64,000 nucleotides of DNA from Octopus sinensis (Eukaryota), in the NCBI RefSeq assembly GCF_006345805.1, contig NC_043000.1:46996001-47060000 (forward strand). The letters run 5' to 3'. Numbering within the stretch: position 1 is the stretch's first letter; the number at the start of each line of letters is the position of its first letter. A program made the position numbers and the translations under genes. A model generated the notes under the pieces. It worked only from the letters and a program-made list of their open reading frames with translations, searched no databases and had not been told where the DNA came from. Below, piece by piece: positions 36,690 to 50,649 of the stretch.

Positions 36690-36885
36690 TTTCAAATTTT
36701 GGTGGGTGGGGCTAAGTCAATTACATCAATCCTAGCACTCAGATGGTTCTTATTTTATCAACCACAAAAGGATGAAAGGTAAAAATCAACCTTGGCGGAA
36801 TTTGAACTCAGAAAATAAAGATGGCTAAAATGCTGCCAAGCAATTTGCCTGGCATGCTAATGATTCTGCCAGCTCACCACCTTAA
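36690..36885 (-). mobile_element. degenerate SINE family C
   Basis: AAAGGATGAAAGG..CTTGGCGGAATTTGAACTCAG..TCTGCCAGCTCACC. Confidence 0.6.
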
Positions 36886-38329
36886 GTACAATTAATTACG
36901 AAAACTGTCAGGATTTACTGTTTTACAATTTACAATCCAGTATTAACGATTTTATCAGTTACAAAAGTATTCCCACGACTCTCTGTGATCAATTGCAAAG
37001 CACATGTGTCAGGCACTATTTATGCCATCACTCTGTTTTGACAGTGGGACTATGAGAGTCTCAAATACAAATGTTTCAAACTGATTTATAAAGACCTCAT
37101 AAGTAAATAAAATCGTCCTTAACATGATCAAACTCAAAAATAATTTTTTCTGTAACATGACGTGTTTGAAAGAAGAACAGTTCCCTATTTACACAAACAC
37201 ACGAATTTGTGTGTGTGTACATGTGCATATGTGTGTGTGCATGCATGTGCACATGCACGAGTGTATTTTATATACAGAAACTTAATTGGTCTCACACATT
37301 CTTATTACTTAGCCTAAGTCAGCCTTGATTGAGCTTGCTTCTGAATGAAGATATTCCATCAGTGACAACCTTGTCAGTTTAGCTGGCTCAGTGCATTTAG
37401 GACCACATTACACAATATTACATACACCTTCTATAGCAGTAAAAGAATAGAGTATATTTTGATAGATATATGGCTGTTATATCTAGCAGAATGGGCCAGC
37501 AAATAGAGATTACTTCATTGGCTCTCATGGTGTTGTCAGTTTTATGTTAGTGAATGTAAAAAATGGAAAACAACATAAGTATTAATTGCAAAACCACTAA
37601 ATGGATTTTAAAACCAATGAACCAGCAAATATTACTTTTGTAGTCATGAATCATGAAATATTGTTTTTATTTTTCAAATGACATATAGACAAAATATATT
37701 TTGTAGACAATAATAATGACTTTGTTGTTTAGTTCCATCTCAGCCCAGATAAAAAAAAAAGCAAACAAAATTAAGATCTAAGTCATTCCAGTCATGACCA
37801 TCCTGTCTTTATTCTTATATGCAAGGAATACAGGACCACATTATCCAATTTGTATTTTTTTCTAAAACAGTAAAATGTGATTTGAGAAAGATTTAGTTGC
37901 TATTTCTAGCAGGTTGAGTAACTCTGTAGAGAGTCCCTTTTGACACAGGGACAATAGTTTTTCACAGTTGTACATGGCCACAAATTCATAAGAAATGTAA
38001 AGTAATTAATTGGCAGAGGTTATGTCAGTATATATTAACGTAGCTGGATGACTTAATTAGGAAGGCTTGTATATGGACCATGCTCAGCTTGCCTGAAATA
38101 GCAGCCAAACATCTCTCAAATCAATTAAGCTCTACAGCTTTATAAAAGAAAAGGACATATTCAATAATGTAGTTATAGACACCATCTAAAAGCATGATGT
38201 TATGTCATAGCTGAAATGCTTTAATGAACTGAAAACAACAATAGTCACACTGCTAATATTGATTTGAACAACCTCAGATCGAGGAAGGATACAGTTGAAT
38301 TCAAGAGAAGTGAAAATAAGGAAATTGAT

Positions 38330-38790
38330 TTTAAATTTTTGGCACAAGACCAGCAAGTTCAGAGAAAGTGGTTAAGTTGATTACATTGATCCCAGTAGTC
38401 AACCGGTATTTATTTTAATGCGGAGAGCTGGCAGAAACTTTAGCACGTCGGGCGAAATGCTTAGTGGTATTTCGTCTGCCGTTACGTTGTGAGTTCAAAT
38501 TCCGCCAAGGTCGACTTTACCTTTCATCCTTTTGGGGGTCGATAAATTAAGTACCAGTTACGCACTGGGGTCGATGTAATCGACTTAATACCTATGTCTG
38601 TCCTTGTTTGTCCCCTCTATGTTTAGCCCCTTGTGGGTAATAAAGAAATAGGTATTTATTTTAATGACCCTGAAAGGATGAATGGCGAAGTTGATCTCAG
38701 CAGCATTTGAATTTAGAATGTAACGACAGACAAAAATATTGCTAAGCATTTCACTTAGTATGCTAGCGATTCTACCAGTTCGCCACCTTG
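38330..38790 (-). mobile_element. older SINE family C copy containing an antiparallel younger copy (38420-38650, plus)
   Basis: 15-bp TSD GGTATTTATTTTAAT at 38405-38419 and 38651-38665. Confidence 0.8.
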
Positions 38791-39249
38791 GTGAAAGTAA
38801 TGTTATTATTGGGTACTTTAGTCTATTGTTTCTTCCAACCTACTTCTCTCTTTGTGGACAATAATAATTACAGAAACAAAAGAAAAATTTGTTTTCGAAT
38901 CTGACAACTTACAAGACTTGAAATTTCAAATCCTCTCATTGGTCAATAAGTCAATATCGTAAATCAGCTTCTGGAAATCATCAAAAGGACTTTTATCGAT
39001 TTTGTAACTTGTAAACCAAGCCAATGTTATCAACCTATATAAATCATTTGTCAAAGCTGACCTCAAGTAACTCTATACATGCATACAAAGACAAAAGAAA
39101 ATCCACGAAATGACAAATCACTTCAGCTAATTTAGCTCTGTTGACAGCTCAAAACACCAGACCTAATGACATGTGAGATGTACAGAAGGTGTTAGGACTT
39201 ATCATCAACATCTCTTAACAAATTTTAACTGGAGGGAGATATAGAAATA

Positions 39250-39740
39250 TTTTACCTTACATTAGCAGAATCATTAGAGCATCAGACAAAATATCTTGCT
39301 GAATTTAGTCACAGTCATCTATGTTCTGAGTTCAAATCACACCAACGGTGACTTTACTTTCCATTCTTTCCAGTTCTGTTTAATTAAGCAATCCTTCCAC
39401 TTCAAATCTGTGGCATCATATTCAAATTATTGTTACTATTGTCATCAAGATGGTGAGATGACAAATGCATTTGGGCACTGGACAAAGTGCTTAGTGATAT
39501 TTTCTGTCTTTATCTTCTGAGTTTAAATTACACCAAGGTCACCTTTGTCTTCAATCCTATTGAGGTCGAGGAAATAAGTACCAGTTGTGTATTAGGGTCA
39601 TGGCAGAAATGTTAGCATGCTGGGAAAAATGCTTAGCGGTATTTTGTCTTTTTTTACGTTCTGAGTTCAAATTCCGCCAAAGTCAAATTTTCATCCTTTC
39701 AGGGTCGATAAATTAAGTACCAGTTGCATACTGGGGTCGT
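39250..39740 (+). mobile_element. cluster of three degenerate SINE family C copies
   Basis: Three TTCTGAGTTYAAAT B-box blocks (~39323, 39515, 39659), each with the downstream central domain. Confidence 0.6.
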
Positions 39741-39784
39741 AGAAAGGAATATTATTATTACTATTGGTTTAACTCAGGTTCATT

Positions 39785-40915
39785 CTTATTCCTGGTAGAA
39801 TATATGTGGTAGCAGGTTATAACCTGTAACCTTAGGCATCCACAAACTTTCAATAGTTTCTGAAGTGCTTAAGACCCTTCTGATAATCTTTCCTGTCCCT
39901 AAGAGGCAAGCTTTCCTTAGAAGCACTACAGATCATTCTATTCCAATTTCATTCAATCATTTATCTATATCTTTACTTCCAGTATTATTATTATTATTAT
40001 CATCATCATCATTATAATGATATTATTATTATTAATGAGTGAGAAAGTAGTGCATGACATCAAAGTGACACTGGGGTAAAATATACGAAGCCCAGTATAC
40101 CCACCATGACTACCTTTCTGATAAGGGTACACCAGGCACATGCATCACAACCATATGTTTGCGAATTATCCAAGCCCCAAAGAATTCTTCTCCACTCATG
40201 GCTATGATGTGCCCCCACTACTTCTGCTCACGATCAGATATGCACATAACATCAACCACTAAAGAACATGCTCAACATAGACAGTATTTTATGTAGGATA
40301 TGGGCAGTTCCCTTGAGCACTATCTTTTGAATTTCTGCCATTTTGGGGTTTCCTGGTATCTGAGCTAGTTAGCAATCAGCCCCTTTTGCTATCATTCCTA
40401 AGGCACCTCTGACAACAGGTATTGCTTTAGTCTTCATTATTTATTATTATTATTATTATTATTATCATTATTATTATTATCATCATTCTATGTTTGACTT
40501 ATGCTTTACATTTGTACAAGTTGGCTCCAAGTCTCACCCAGAGACCTCAAGAGACAACAAGTTGGAAGTTCATGTTGGTGTTATGCCTAGGGTGCAATAT
40601 ATTTGGTTTTGCAGTGTTGTACTAGTGAATGTTTAAGAAACCATAAGAAAATTATGCTAGTTTTTAAAATTGAGATTACAGAGAAAGTATTTTGCGTAGG
40701 ATATGAGCAGTTCCCATGAACACTATCTTTTGAATTTCTGCCATTTTTGGGTTTCCTGGTGTCTGAGTTAGGTAGCAATCAGGCCATTTTTCTATCATTC
40801 CCAAGGCACCTATGACAACAGGTATTGTTTTAGTCTTCAGGTTCCACATTTTGCTGATTTCTATTTCAAGATCATTATATTTGCTCAGTTTTTGGTAGGT
40901 CTTGACAGATATGTT
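39785..40915 (-). mobile_element. RLE-type (Dong/R4-like) LINE 3' fragments interleaved with (TTA)n tracts
   Basis: Minus-strand LRKACLLGTGKIIRRVL (~39870-39920) and two copies of PVV.GALGMI...IQKIV.[KM]GTAHIL (40290-40435, 40680-40870). Confidence 0.6.
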
Positions 40916-40951
40916 TATATCGATTGGTTATTATCATTATTATTATTATTA

Positions 40952-40987
<36 letters not shown>

Positions 40988-41052
40988 CGTTATTTTTGAG
41001 CAAGAGAGCAGCATGTCCCATCAAAGTGACACTGGGGTATATGAAGCCTAAT

Positions 41053-41960
41053 ATACAAAGTGGTATCAAAAGGTTACCAGACTAATTATGCTTAATAGAA
41101 AATAACCTATTTACCTAAGTTTTAACATCTTCTTCGAAATAGTCACTTTGCACAGCAGTGCACCAGTCCCAGCATTCCTACCACTTTTGGAATCCAGCCT
41201 GGAGGTTGTTATCTGTAAGCAAGTCAAGGACCTTCTGCAATTCGCATTGGATTTCGACAATGGTCTTAAAGCAGAGACCTTTGAGCTGCATTTTCATCTT
41301 GGAAAAGAGATGGAAGTCCACAGGGGATAAATCTGGCGAATAGGGCAGGTGCAGAAGTGGTAACATGTCATTTTCTATGAGAAGCTCATGAGCAAGTTGA
41401 CCTCAGTGAAGAATCCAATTCTTCATGCTCAACAGATCGAGTTGTTTTTGACAAATATCCTCCCTCAGACACTTCAAAATCTCACAGTAGAAGTCTTGAA
41501 TAATGTTCTGGGATGAATTCTCAATGCACAGTACCGCATTTCTGAACGGTGGTGCTCATGGCAAGTCTTCCAGATCACTCATCATCTTCCAAGTACGTTC
41601 TTCCACTTTTGAAGTACTCATGCCACTCAAAACATTGCAATGTTTCGAGTGGCATAGGTGCTTCACATACAACCCATTGCTTCATTGTTGTAAGCTTGCT
41701 GAAGCTTACTCAATGTCTCTCAAGCACACTTCCCAAATTTAACACAAAATTTCACAATGTTTATTTTTGTGTTCCTATCCATGACAAAATCGTAGACTAC
41801 AGCATACATGTGATCACTAAAATATAAATTTCATAACTTGTGAAGTAAACACAGCAATGTCACTTGGTAAACTGCTTCATGAAGGTCACTGCTAACTCCC
41901 ACTGTGTATGGAAGCATGTGTTACCATTTGTTGGCACACTACAGAAATAGTCCTGGAACA
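41053..41960 (-). mobile_element. mariner fossil inserted at TA into a short repeat (40997-41052 + 41961-42255)
   Basis: HLPYSPDLSPVDFHLFSKMKMQLKG = mariner YSPDL motif; flanks rejoin as ATGAAGCCTAATA-CCCATG, matching the intact copy at ~40084. Confidence 0.75.
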
Positions 41961-43874
41961 AAATACCCATGTTTCCAGAGGTGAATTATTCAAACCTGAA
42001 AGAATTCCTCTCAACACATGGCTATGATGCTTCCCCACTACTCTTGTTCATGATCAGAGATGCACACATTGTCAGCCACCAAGGGACATGGTCAAATGGT
42101 TAAAGTCAAACAACTGACAAGCAAATCTGTGGCATTGAGCAGAATATTTGTTGCAGTCCATCTTTTATACAAATACAAAACAAGCACATGATAACACTTC
42201 CAATCAATTAAGATCAGCAGCCATGAGAGCCACTACCTGGCATTGCATCAGGGTATTTATTGTTGTTGTTGTTGTTTTTGTTGTTAATAGTATCATCGGT
42301 GGCAGCAGCAGTAGCAGTAGTAGTAGTACTAGTATCATTATTTACTACTAACCAAAATGGATGTTTTTTAGCTGTTTTTAGTTCAATAGCATGGAATATA
42401 GTCTTTTTTTAAAAAACTTAGTCATACACAAATGCTTCAAAGATTTTTTTTAAAGTTTACTTATACAAATTTAGACACATTTTTATACAATTTCTCTTTT
42501 ATTTACACAAAAATTGCATGCTATGAAAATTCCCAGTCATACCGGCTATAAAATGAATTAAAATCATAGAACATACATGTGAAAGGAGTACAAAATATTG
42601 CCCATCGGAATACACACATCAAATGCAAAAGATAAGTAATGACAATGCCATTAAAAATACCACAAGTATGAACAACACTTGTGATTCTTTTGTTAATGAC
42701 AACAATGAGAGTCAAAGAAGCATTTTTACTGCACCAAGGGAAATAAAGGAACAAAACATTTGGGAATGACAGGGTGATAGAGAATTGACATGGGCAAACT
42801 CAAAGAAAAAGCGATTGTCACATAAAGATAAGTTAGGTGACTCAGTTCTTACTTGTTTGAGCAGTATATACAAGAATTGGAAAAGAAGAAATTAACTGTT
42901 TGTGTACCCTAAGAAATACCACGGCTTTCAGTTGTGTTCAGGACAGCAATTAGCCATCCTATACAGTAAAACCTATTGGAGTGTTTACCTGGTTTTCATA
43001 ACCAGAGATTGAAAATTACAGCAGAGGGATGCATGATGTTTCAAAATGGTCAAGTGAGTGATGCTTAGAACACTTGGAACTAAACTCTAGCAAAAAATAT
43101 GTTTGAAATTTGTCTGTTATAACAAGCATTTTCAAGTCTTGTGCATCTTTCTATATAGACACATATGCAAAAAGATCACACACAAATGCAGACAAAAATC
43201 ATACATATATATATGAATATGCAAAATAATATATTCACATATATACATAAATATGTATGGTTGTATCAAGGCTTTCAATTAGGCTCAGAAAAGCAACTCA
43301 CCGTCTTATGTATAAAGCCTACAGGAGTGTTTGCCTGGTATTTCTAACCAAAGATTAGGAATTACAACAGAGTGAAATTCTAAGGAATACACTTAGGCTA
43401 AGATATAATTAAAAAAATAAAAAGGAAAACATAGATATCCTAGTAAGAGTCTCAGCATCATGTTGGTACTTGACTCATTGTCACTTTTGTATTGTAATAT
43501 GGTTGTTGACCGTGTAGAAATGATGAGAGGAAATATGTAGTTAAGCTGAACTTAAAAGTTCCACTGCCTTCTGAAAAGCACAGATCCATACAGGGGCTGT
43601 AACCTGTTTAGGGTGCAAAAACAAATGGCATGGGGTAAAGATGGAGGATAAAAGTCCAGTTATTATAGCTGTCAGTTGTATATAAAGGTTTTTTGCTATG
43701 AAGTGCTGAGCAAGTGAAGAAGGGAAAAAAGTAAAGACTAATAGGCCTTGTAAGAAGCATATAACCACATAGTACACAACAAATAATTAACTATAAGTCA
43801 GAATATGCAGAGCTTTAACATGAGGCTACATGATATATACGGTACTGAGATAAACAACATGTATATATGTATGT

Positions 43875-45270
43875 ATGTCATTATTCAGTTTATTTCAAGA
43901 TTTCTTGCCAATATTTCTTGCCAATAGAGAAAGAACTGGTTTCTAACCTAGATCCAAGATCAGCAGGATATTTTTGTTTGTATGTATGTATGTATGTATG
44001 CATGTATGTATGTATGTATGTATGTATGTATGTATGTATGTATGTATGTATGTATGTATGTATGCATGTATGCATGTATGTATGTATGAATGTATGTATG
44101 CATGTATGTATGTATGTATGTATGTATGTATGTATGTATGTATGTATGTATGTATGTGTGCGTGTATGTATGTATGTGTGCGTGTATGTATGCATGTGCA
44201 GATTTGTATGTATGTGTGCGTGTATGTATGCATGTGCAGATTTGTATGTTTTTATGTATGCATTATCATACATATAGTTACATATCTAGACATGCTCAAA
44301 TATATTTAAATGATAAACTTCTGGAAAGTTTTACAGATTTTTACAGTTCCAGTGATAGATTGGATCTGTAGTCTTCAAATTAGCTTTCTCCTTTATGGTT
44401 TTTAGAAGCCCAATTTCTCAAGATCGGTATTTAGGTAGTATGTTACATATCCCAAGCCCTAATAATTACAGGTATAAACCTGAACTTGTAATCTGGATAG
44501 AGTAACTGCAGATCTTTCAGTAGTTCAGCATAGGTGTTCTCTTTTTCACTGATCTTCACCTTTATGTTAGCATCTGGTGGGCAGCTAATTTCTACAACTG
44601 TGCACAGTTTCTTTTCTCTATCTCAAATCACATCAGGTCTGTTATGCTTACATTTTATTGAGGTCTTCACCGAGACATTCCAAAAGTATTCCTTTGTATT
44701 ATGAGTAGCTATGGCTTCTACCATACTGTAGGTTTTTATTTCTTTGTTCTTGAGATTATCATTCTGATGGATTGCACTATAGAGTGTCCTAGCTACAAAG
44801 ACATGTCTCATCGGTAGATAAAACTGTGATGACATTTTCGGACAACTGCTTATGATGTGGGTAATATCTTCAGTGTGAACTTAACAAAGTCTGCATTGGT
44901 TGTCACTCTTTACGGCTTTACCTGCATCTCTATCGTTTTGTGCATCAGGTACTTGGTTGATATTTCCTGTTCCTGGATTGCAAACGCATACCCTTCAAAG
45001 TGGGAGGTAGTAATCCGGCTGTTGGTCCATGTTAAACTGCTTTGATGTTCAATGTTGCCGTCATCATGGAGCTTTCTAGTAACATATCCATGCATATTCT
45101 TCTGCTCATATAGGCTCATCCTTTCATCTGATGATATGTTGTGGTAGAGTCATACGACTTATTTGGATATGTATCAGACAAAGAGTGCTGCTCAAGGAGC
45201 TGCCTACCAAGTCTTATGATGTTATCAGCTTCATGTATGCAAACTAGGTCAAGTGATATACTTCGACACT
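43875..45270 (-). mobile_element. RLE-type (R4/Dong-like) non-LTR retrotransposon 3' portion with internal (TATG)n expansion
   Basis: MHG...EGYAFAIQEQEISTKY, CCHC region (C..C..HT..ITHIISSCP), CKHNRPDVI, KENTYAEL, IPVIIRAW; (TATG)n at both ends. Confidence 0.75.
43978..44260. repeat. (TATG)n microsatellite
   Basis: Seen directly. Confidence 0.95.
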
Positions 45271-47904
45271 TGTATGTACGTATGTATGTATGTATGTATG
45301 TAAATGCAACAAACAGTTAATTATTTGCTCATTTCTATTTTAATTTCTTCCTGATTGAGTGGTTCCTCAATTTTGATGGCATTGATGACTGAGAAATCCA
45401 ATTCTCAAGCAAAACAGGCAGGAAGAAAGACATCAATTTAGAGCTATTGGAAGGCATGGTTGCTGTTATATGCATTTTCCATGCATTTACTATGCACTTT
45501 TTATGCATTTACTATGCATTTTCAGTGCATTTCTTTTTACTTCAAAAATATAAGTTCTAGTGGTGACAGAGTAATGTCAGTTTGAATGGTATTGGCCTTT
45601 AGTTTCCCAGTTATTTATGTATTTATTTATTTTTACCAAATCTGGTTGATTTTATGTGTTGACTTATTTTGTAACAGTGTAGAAGACATATTTTTCAGGA
45701 TAGTTAATTCAATGAAGAGACTTGACCAAGAAAACTCTATTCTTTCCTTCTAATAACCCAAGTTTCTCTAAGGTAGCATCTTTGGTTATGTAGTCCTCCT
45801 ATTTGATGTTAGTGATTGAGAAAAGATTGTGTTTATAGAAACACTCCAATTTTTTTGTTATCCTGATAATAAAGTGTGCATATCGAGATGACCTCAGCTG
45901 ATAAACTATCAGTGTTATATTTGGGTTATATCTTTGCTTGTAAGACTTGTTTACAAGTTTTCCAAGTGCTGAATGGACAAATCCATTTCTATGTTTCACA
46001 TCTTTGTCAGAAGTAAATTTCTTGGAAAAAAAAGGTTCCTAGAAAGAGAAAGCAATTAACTTGTTCAAAAGTTATATCAGAAATGGTGATGCTGAGATCT
46101 CAAAGACTGGTCTTTGGAGCAGAGTAGGCAAAGATTTTAAACTTCTTGATATTCTTTGCTAATTCATCCCATGCATCAGTAAAGTTATAGACTGATGTAG
46201 CAGAAAGCTGCATTGTCAATTGCTTATTGAAGTTATGAGATGCATTAAATGTTATTAAATGGACAAGCTTGAAATCTGGGTACGTCAAATATTTCCCCAT
46301 CAAATAATGTCTGATATGAGCACCAGGAATGTCTAGAGGAAGTTCAGGAAATGCATTGCAAACAGTTATAAGGAAAGAATATAGATTCAAGAATGCAGCA
46401 TTCTGATTGGTAAAACCAGTGACATTTCTTGCCATTTTAGGCATGATGTTTCAAATTAACCAGGAGAGCGATGCTTAGAACACTTGGAACTAAGTATCAG
46501 CAGAAAAGATGTTTGAAATTTGTCTGTTATAACAGTGTTTTCAAGTCTTGTGCATTTTTCTATATAGACACACACAAATAAAACATACTCACATATATAC
46601 ATACATATACATGGTTAGATGTATATTTATGCGTGTATAAACATATAAGTATGTATATATCTATGCATGTAAATATTTATCTTTTTGTGATCTATTTCTC
46701 CCTTTTTCTCCCTCTGCCCATTCTCTCTCTCTCTCTTACTCTCTCCATCTCCCTCTACTTCACATACGTACTTTAAAACTTTTTCTTCATAGTGTTTTTC
46801 ATGTTTCTGCTGCTCTCCCATTTTCTTTCATTCTTTCTTTCTTTCTTTCTTTCTTTCTGTTTTTCTTTCCTTCTCTTCTTTCAGTTAACGCACACAGAAA
46901 AACAACCATGCAATTTAAATTATCCCCAATACATATGTGAATTCACACACACATATACAAATACATACATACATAAATATGTGTAAATATATATGCGTAT
47001 ATACGAATATATACATACATACATATATATATACATATAAATATATGTGTGTGAGTATGTACACAAACACATAAATACACACAAACATGCACATGCTATA
47101 TACATATGTATCTGGGTGTCAATATATATGTTTATATATATATTAATGCTCAGAGAGGCACATATATATAAATGCATGCATATAGGTATATGTATATAGA
47201 GATAGATATCTATGCACACACACACACACACACACATACACACATACACAAACATATACATGTGTATATGTATATATGAGTATGTATATATATGTGTGCA
47301 TATAAATATGTATATGTATTTATGTGTGTATATATATATATATGCATGTATAAATATATGTGTGTGTATATATATATATATATACATGCATACCTCTCAC
47401 ATAAACTAAAGTCTGATTGCACAAACTGATATCACAGATATACACGCAATAAATAAGAGCCTATTTGAAAGGAAAAGTAAACAGATAAGACTTCCTAGCT
47501 AAGATATGTAATGCACATCTTAATAAATCCTTCTCTCGACACAACCTTTCCCTTGCTGAAACCTTTGATAGTGGCATTCGTTGAAAGTAGGGGTGGCTGG
47601 CAATCACGGCTTTTTGGCTAAACATGCATATGGCTATACGCATGTTTTTTTTATTCCCTTTTGTGTTTGTATTTTGCTCCTCTTGTTATTGTTCTTCACA
47701 CGCACATGCACACACACACTCATACACACATGTATGTATATAAGTGTGTGTATATATATATATATATATTATATACATATACGGTACATATATATACAGT
47801 ACATATATATACATACATATATATATGTATCTATTATATATATATATATATATAATATATATTATATATATATACATATATATATATATACACATATATA
47901 TATA

Positions 47905-47967
<63 letters not shown>

Positions 47968-48454
47968 CATACACATATATGTATGTATGCATGTTTGTAT
48001 ACAAACATATAGATTTCTTTTTCATCATTAGCTTCTTAGAAGGTGGTAAAAGACAAGAGGTTGGAATGTAAAAGAGAAAGAAGAAGGCCAAAGTAAAGAA
48101 GAAAAAGATGAAAAAGAAGAAGGAAAAAGAAAGGAAGGGTGGAAGATAGAAATGTATGTGTAATATGTATATGTGAGTTGGAAAAGAGTAAATTGAAAGA
48201 ACATAGAGGAGGAATAAGAAAGAAATGATGCCAGGTAAGGCAAGAAAAATGAAGGAAGGGTTCTTCTTTCACTCAACATATTTATCTTGTAATGTAAACT
48301 GTCATCATCATCATCATCATTATCATCATCATTATCATCATCATCATCATCTCTGTTGTCATTGTTGTCAGTACTGTTATCATTTAATGCCTGCTTTCAT
48401 TAAATGATGATGATAAACGTTACAAAACATATACATATGTATATGTATATATCT

Positions 48455-48975
48455 TAGCCTTTACTTGTTTCAGTCATTAAACTGTGGCCATGCTGGGGCA
48501 CCACCTTGAAGAATTTTGAGTTGAATGCATCCAACCCAGTATTTATTTTTCTTAAAAGCCTGGTGTCTATTCTATCAGTGTCTTTTGCTGAACTGCTGAG
48601 TTACAGGGACATAAACACACCAGTACTGGCTGTGAAGCAGTGTTGTGTCTGTGTGTATATCATCATCATCATCGTTTAGCGTCTACTTTCCATGCTAGCA
48701 TGGGTTGGACGGTTCAACTGGGGTCTTGGAAGCCAGTAGGCTGCACCAGGCCCAGTCTGATCTGGCAATGTTTCTACGGCTGGATGCCCTTCCTAACGCC
48801 AACCACTCCGTGAGTGTAGTGGGTGCTTTTTACATGCCACCGGCACAGGTGCCAGACGAGGCGGGCAAATGGCCACGATCAGATGGTGCTTTTTACGTGC
48901 CACTGGCACGGGGGCCAGGCAAGGCTGGCAATGGCCACGAATGGATGGTGCTTTTTATGTGCCACCAGCACGAGA
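48455..48975 (-). mobile_element. SINE family A 3' fragment followed by a SINE family D copy with three internal GGTGCTTTTTAYRTGCCAC repeats
   Basis: Homology to other copies in the window. Confidence 0.7.
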
Positions 48976-48999
48976 TACATATACAAAATTTCCTGCAAT

Positions 49000-49596
49000 T
49001 TTCATGGTTTTAGAGTTTGTCAGCAATGAAGGACATGTGGTGCATCCTTACGCCTTTCTACAACGCCTTAGAGTTAAATCTGCGACCTACATTGAGGTCT
49101 TGGAAATAACTATTAATCTCTGGATAGACAGTGTATGCAATGGAAAGCCATATGTGTTTCAGTAAGACTCTGCACTATCACAGATCACTCTAGTAACACA
49201 GGATTGGATGGCTGAAAATTCTCATTATCACATAACCCCTATCGTTTGGCTTCCTAATTTACCAGATCTCAATCTATTGGACTATTACATGTGAAGCATT
49301 GTTAAGAGAGAGATCAATGAACATGCCCATAGCACCAAAGATTCTTTGAAGGCTGCCATAGTCAGAGTAATGTCCAAAATGAACCAGGACCACTGGATTC
49401 AAGTATATAGATGATGTAGATTTCATATAGAAGCAGTTGTTGAAGCAGAAGGTGGCTTTATTGAATAACATTTATAGAAAAGGAGGTTTATTTTTATCCT
49501 TACAGCATATTTTGATAAATAAAGTTATTATTTGTTATTACATATCTGTTTTTTTTTATAAACATAAATCTGTCCTCAAATATCTTATACACCCTG
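49000..49596 (+). mobile_element. Tc1/mariner-superfamily 3' fragment with terminal repeat
   Basis: KPYVFQ*DSALS and WLPNLPDLNLLDYY motifs; ends ATACACCCTG-TA. Confidence 0.7.
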
Positions 49597-49889
49597 TATA
49601 TATACATATATATATATATTTTATATATGTGTATGGGAGTGGGAGTGCATATAATGGTGTGTGGTATGTGTTCGGAGTGGGAAGGTGTGTGTGGGTGTAG
49701 TGGTGTGGGATGTGAGTACTGAATTGAACAGTGTGTATGGGTGTTTGTATAGTGGTATGTGTGTGATGTGGTTGCTGAGTTAGGCAGTGAGTTAGGGTGG
49801 AGAGGAGGGGCAGTTGAATGTGAGAGGTGAATGGGAATCTGTGTGGAGTTGGTGTTAGATGAAGAGAAGTAGTGAATTGAGACCATAAG

Positions 49890-50330
49890 AAGCAAAGGAA
49901 TGAAGGAGAAGATTAATTTCTGTTCATGGTGAAGGTGGGAGTCCAGGTGAACTCTGTGGAAAGACAATCCAAACACAGATAGATGCTGTAGTGAATGACT
50001 GGTGAAGAGGAAGTAACATGACACCAGGGTGTTATTGCCAAGTCTGATGTCTCAGAGCTGCTCAGTGAACCAATCAGCCAAGCAGATCCCTTTTGACCAA
50101 TGTACAGGGAAGGACATTGGGGTACAGACAATAAGGTCAGAGGCAGTGGGAGGAAGACAGGAGGAGGAAATGAAGTCGTGAATGGTGGAAGATAAAGTCT
50201 GTTGGCAGTTAGGTGTGGGATTGGAGAGCAGAGGGCAATGAAAAAGATGTCTTGAAGTTGGTGGAGAGCTTCAACCTTGTAAAGGTCTGCATACCATACC
50301 ACTACAGCTCCACCCTTATAAGCCAGTTTA
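49890..50330 (-). pseudogene. decayed Penelope-like GIY-YIG endonuclease fragment
   Basis: PQCPSLYIGQ; frameshifted EQL*DIRLGNNTLVSCYF...HSLQHLSVFGL...EQKLIFS. Confidence 0.6.
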
Positions 50331-50649
50331 ATGATGAATTCTTGGTGATGTCAGAGACATCAAAGGACCTAAAGTTCAGCTGAAGAGATGTTGAAATGTC
50401 AGGGACTCCTGCGAAAGTTGAACCGGTCCATATACATAACCAAAATAACATAGGTGAGAAGCAGTTTGTGTTTAATTCTGGACATGGCAACATGAACATC
50501 ACCTTCCTAATGATACAACTACAGAAATAGGCATAGCTAGGATAATCTTTGCTACCTATCTTTTCTGGAAGTAGAGATAATCTTTGATAGGGTTTCATGT
50601 TTAATGGTCTGGGTATTGCTAAAATAACTAAAGCTGAATGAATGGATTA

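Larger units (their letters stand above)
42600..46300 (+). pseudogene. possible highly decayed pogo/Tigger-like transposase, broken by insertions
   Basis: Weak motifs only: KKKRL..K..LGD.VL (~42800), TAF*KA....G.K (~43560), SV*M (SAWM-like, ~45577), LFFPSN (~45737), *TDVAESCIVNCLLK (AW..V....I.NCF.K-like, ~46188). Confidence 0.3.

Noticed and set aside
45471-45531. 11-bp tandem repeat (TGCATTTACTA-like) as a regulatory array
   Set aside because: Short, degenerate slippage repeat with no supporting context
45799-46444. Minus-strand ORFs (114 aa and 66 aa) as host exons
   Set aside because: No recognisable domain or clean splice structure; the opposite strand has weak pogo-like motifs that explain the region at least as well
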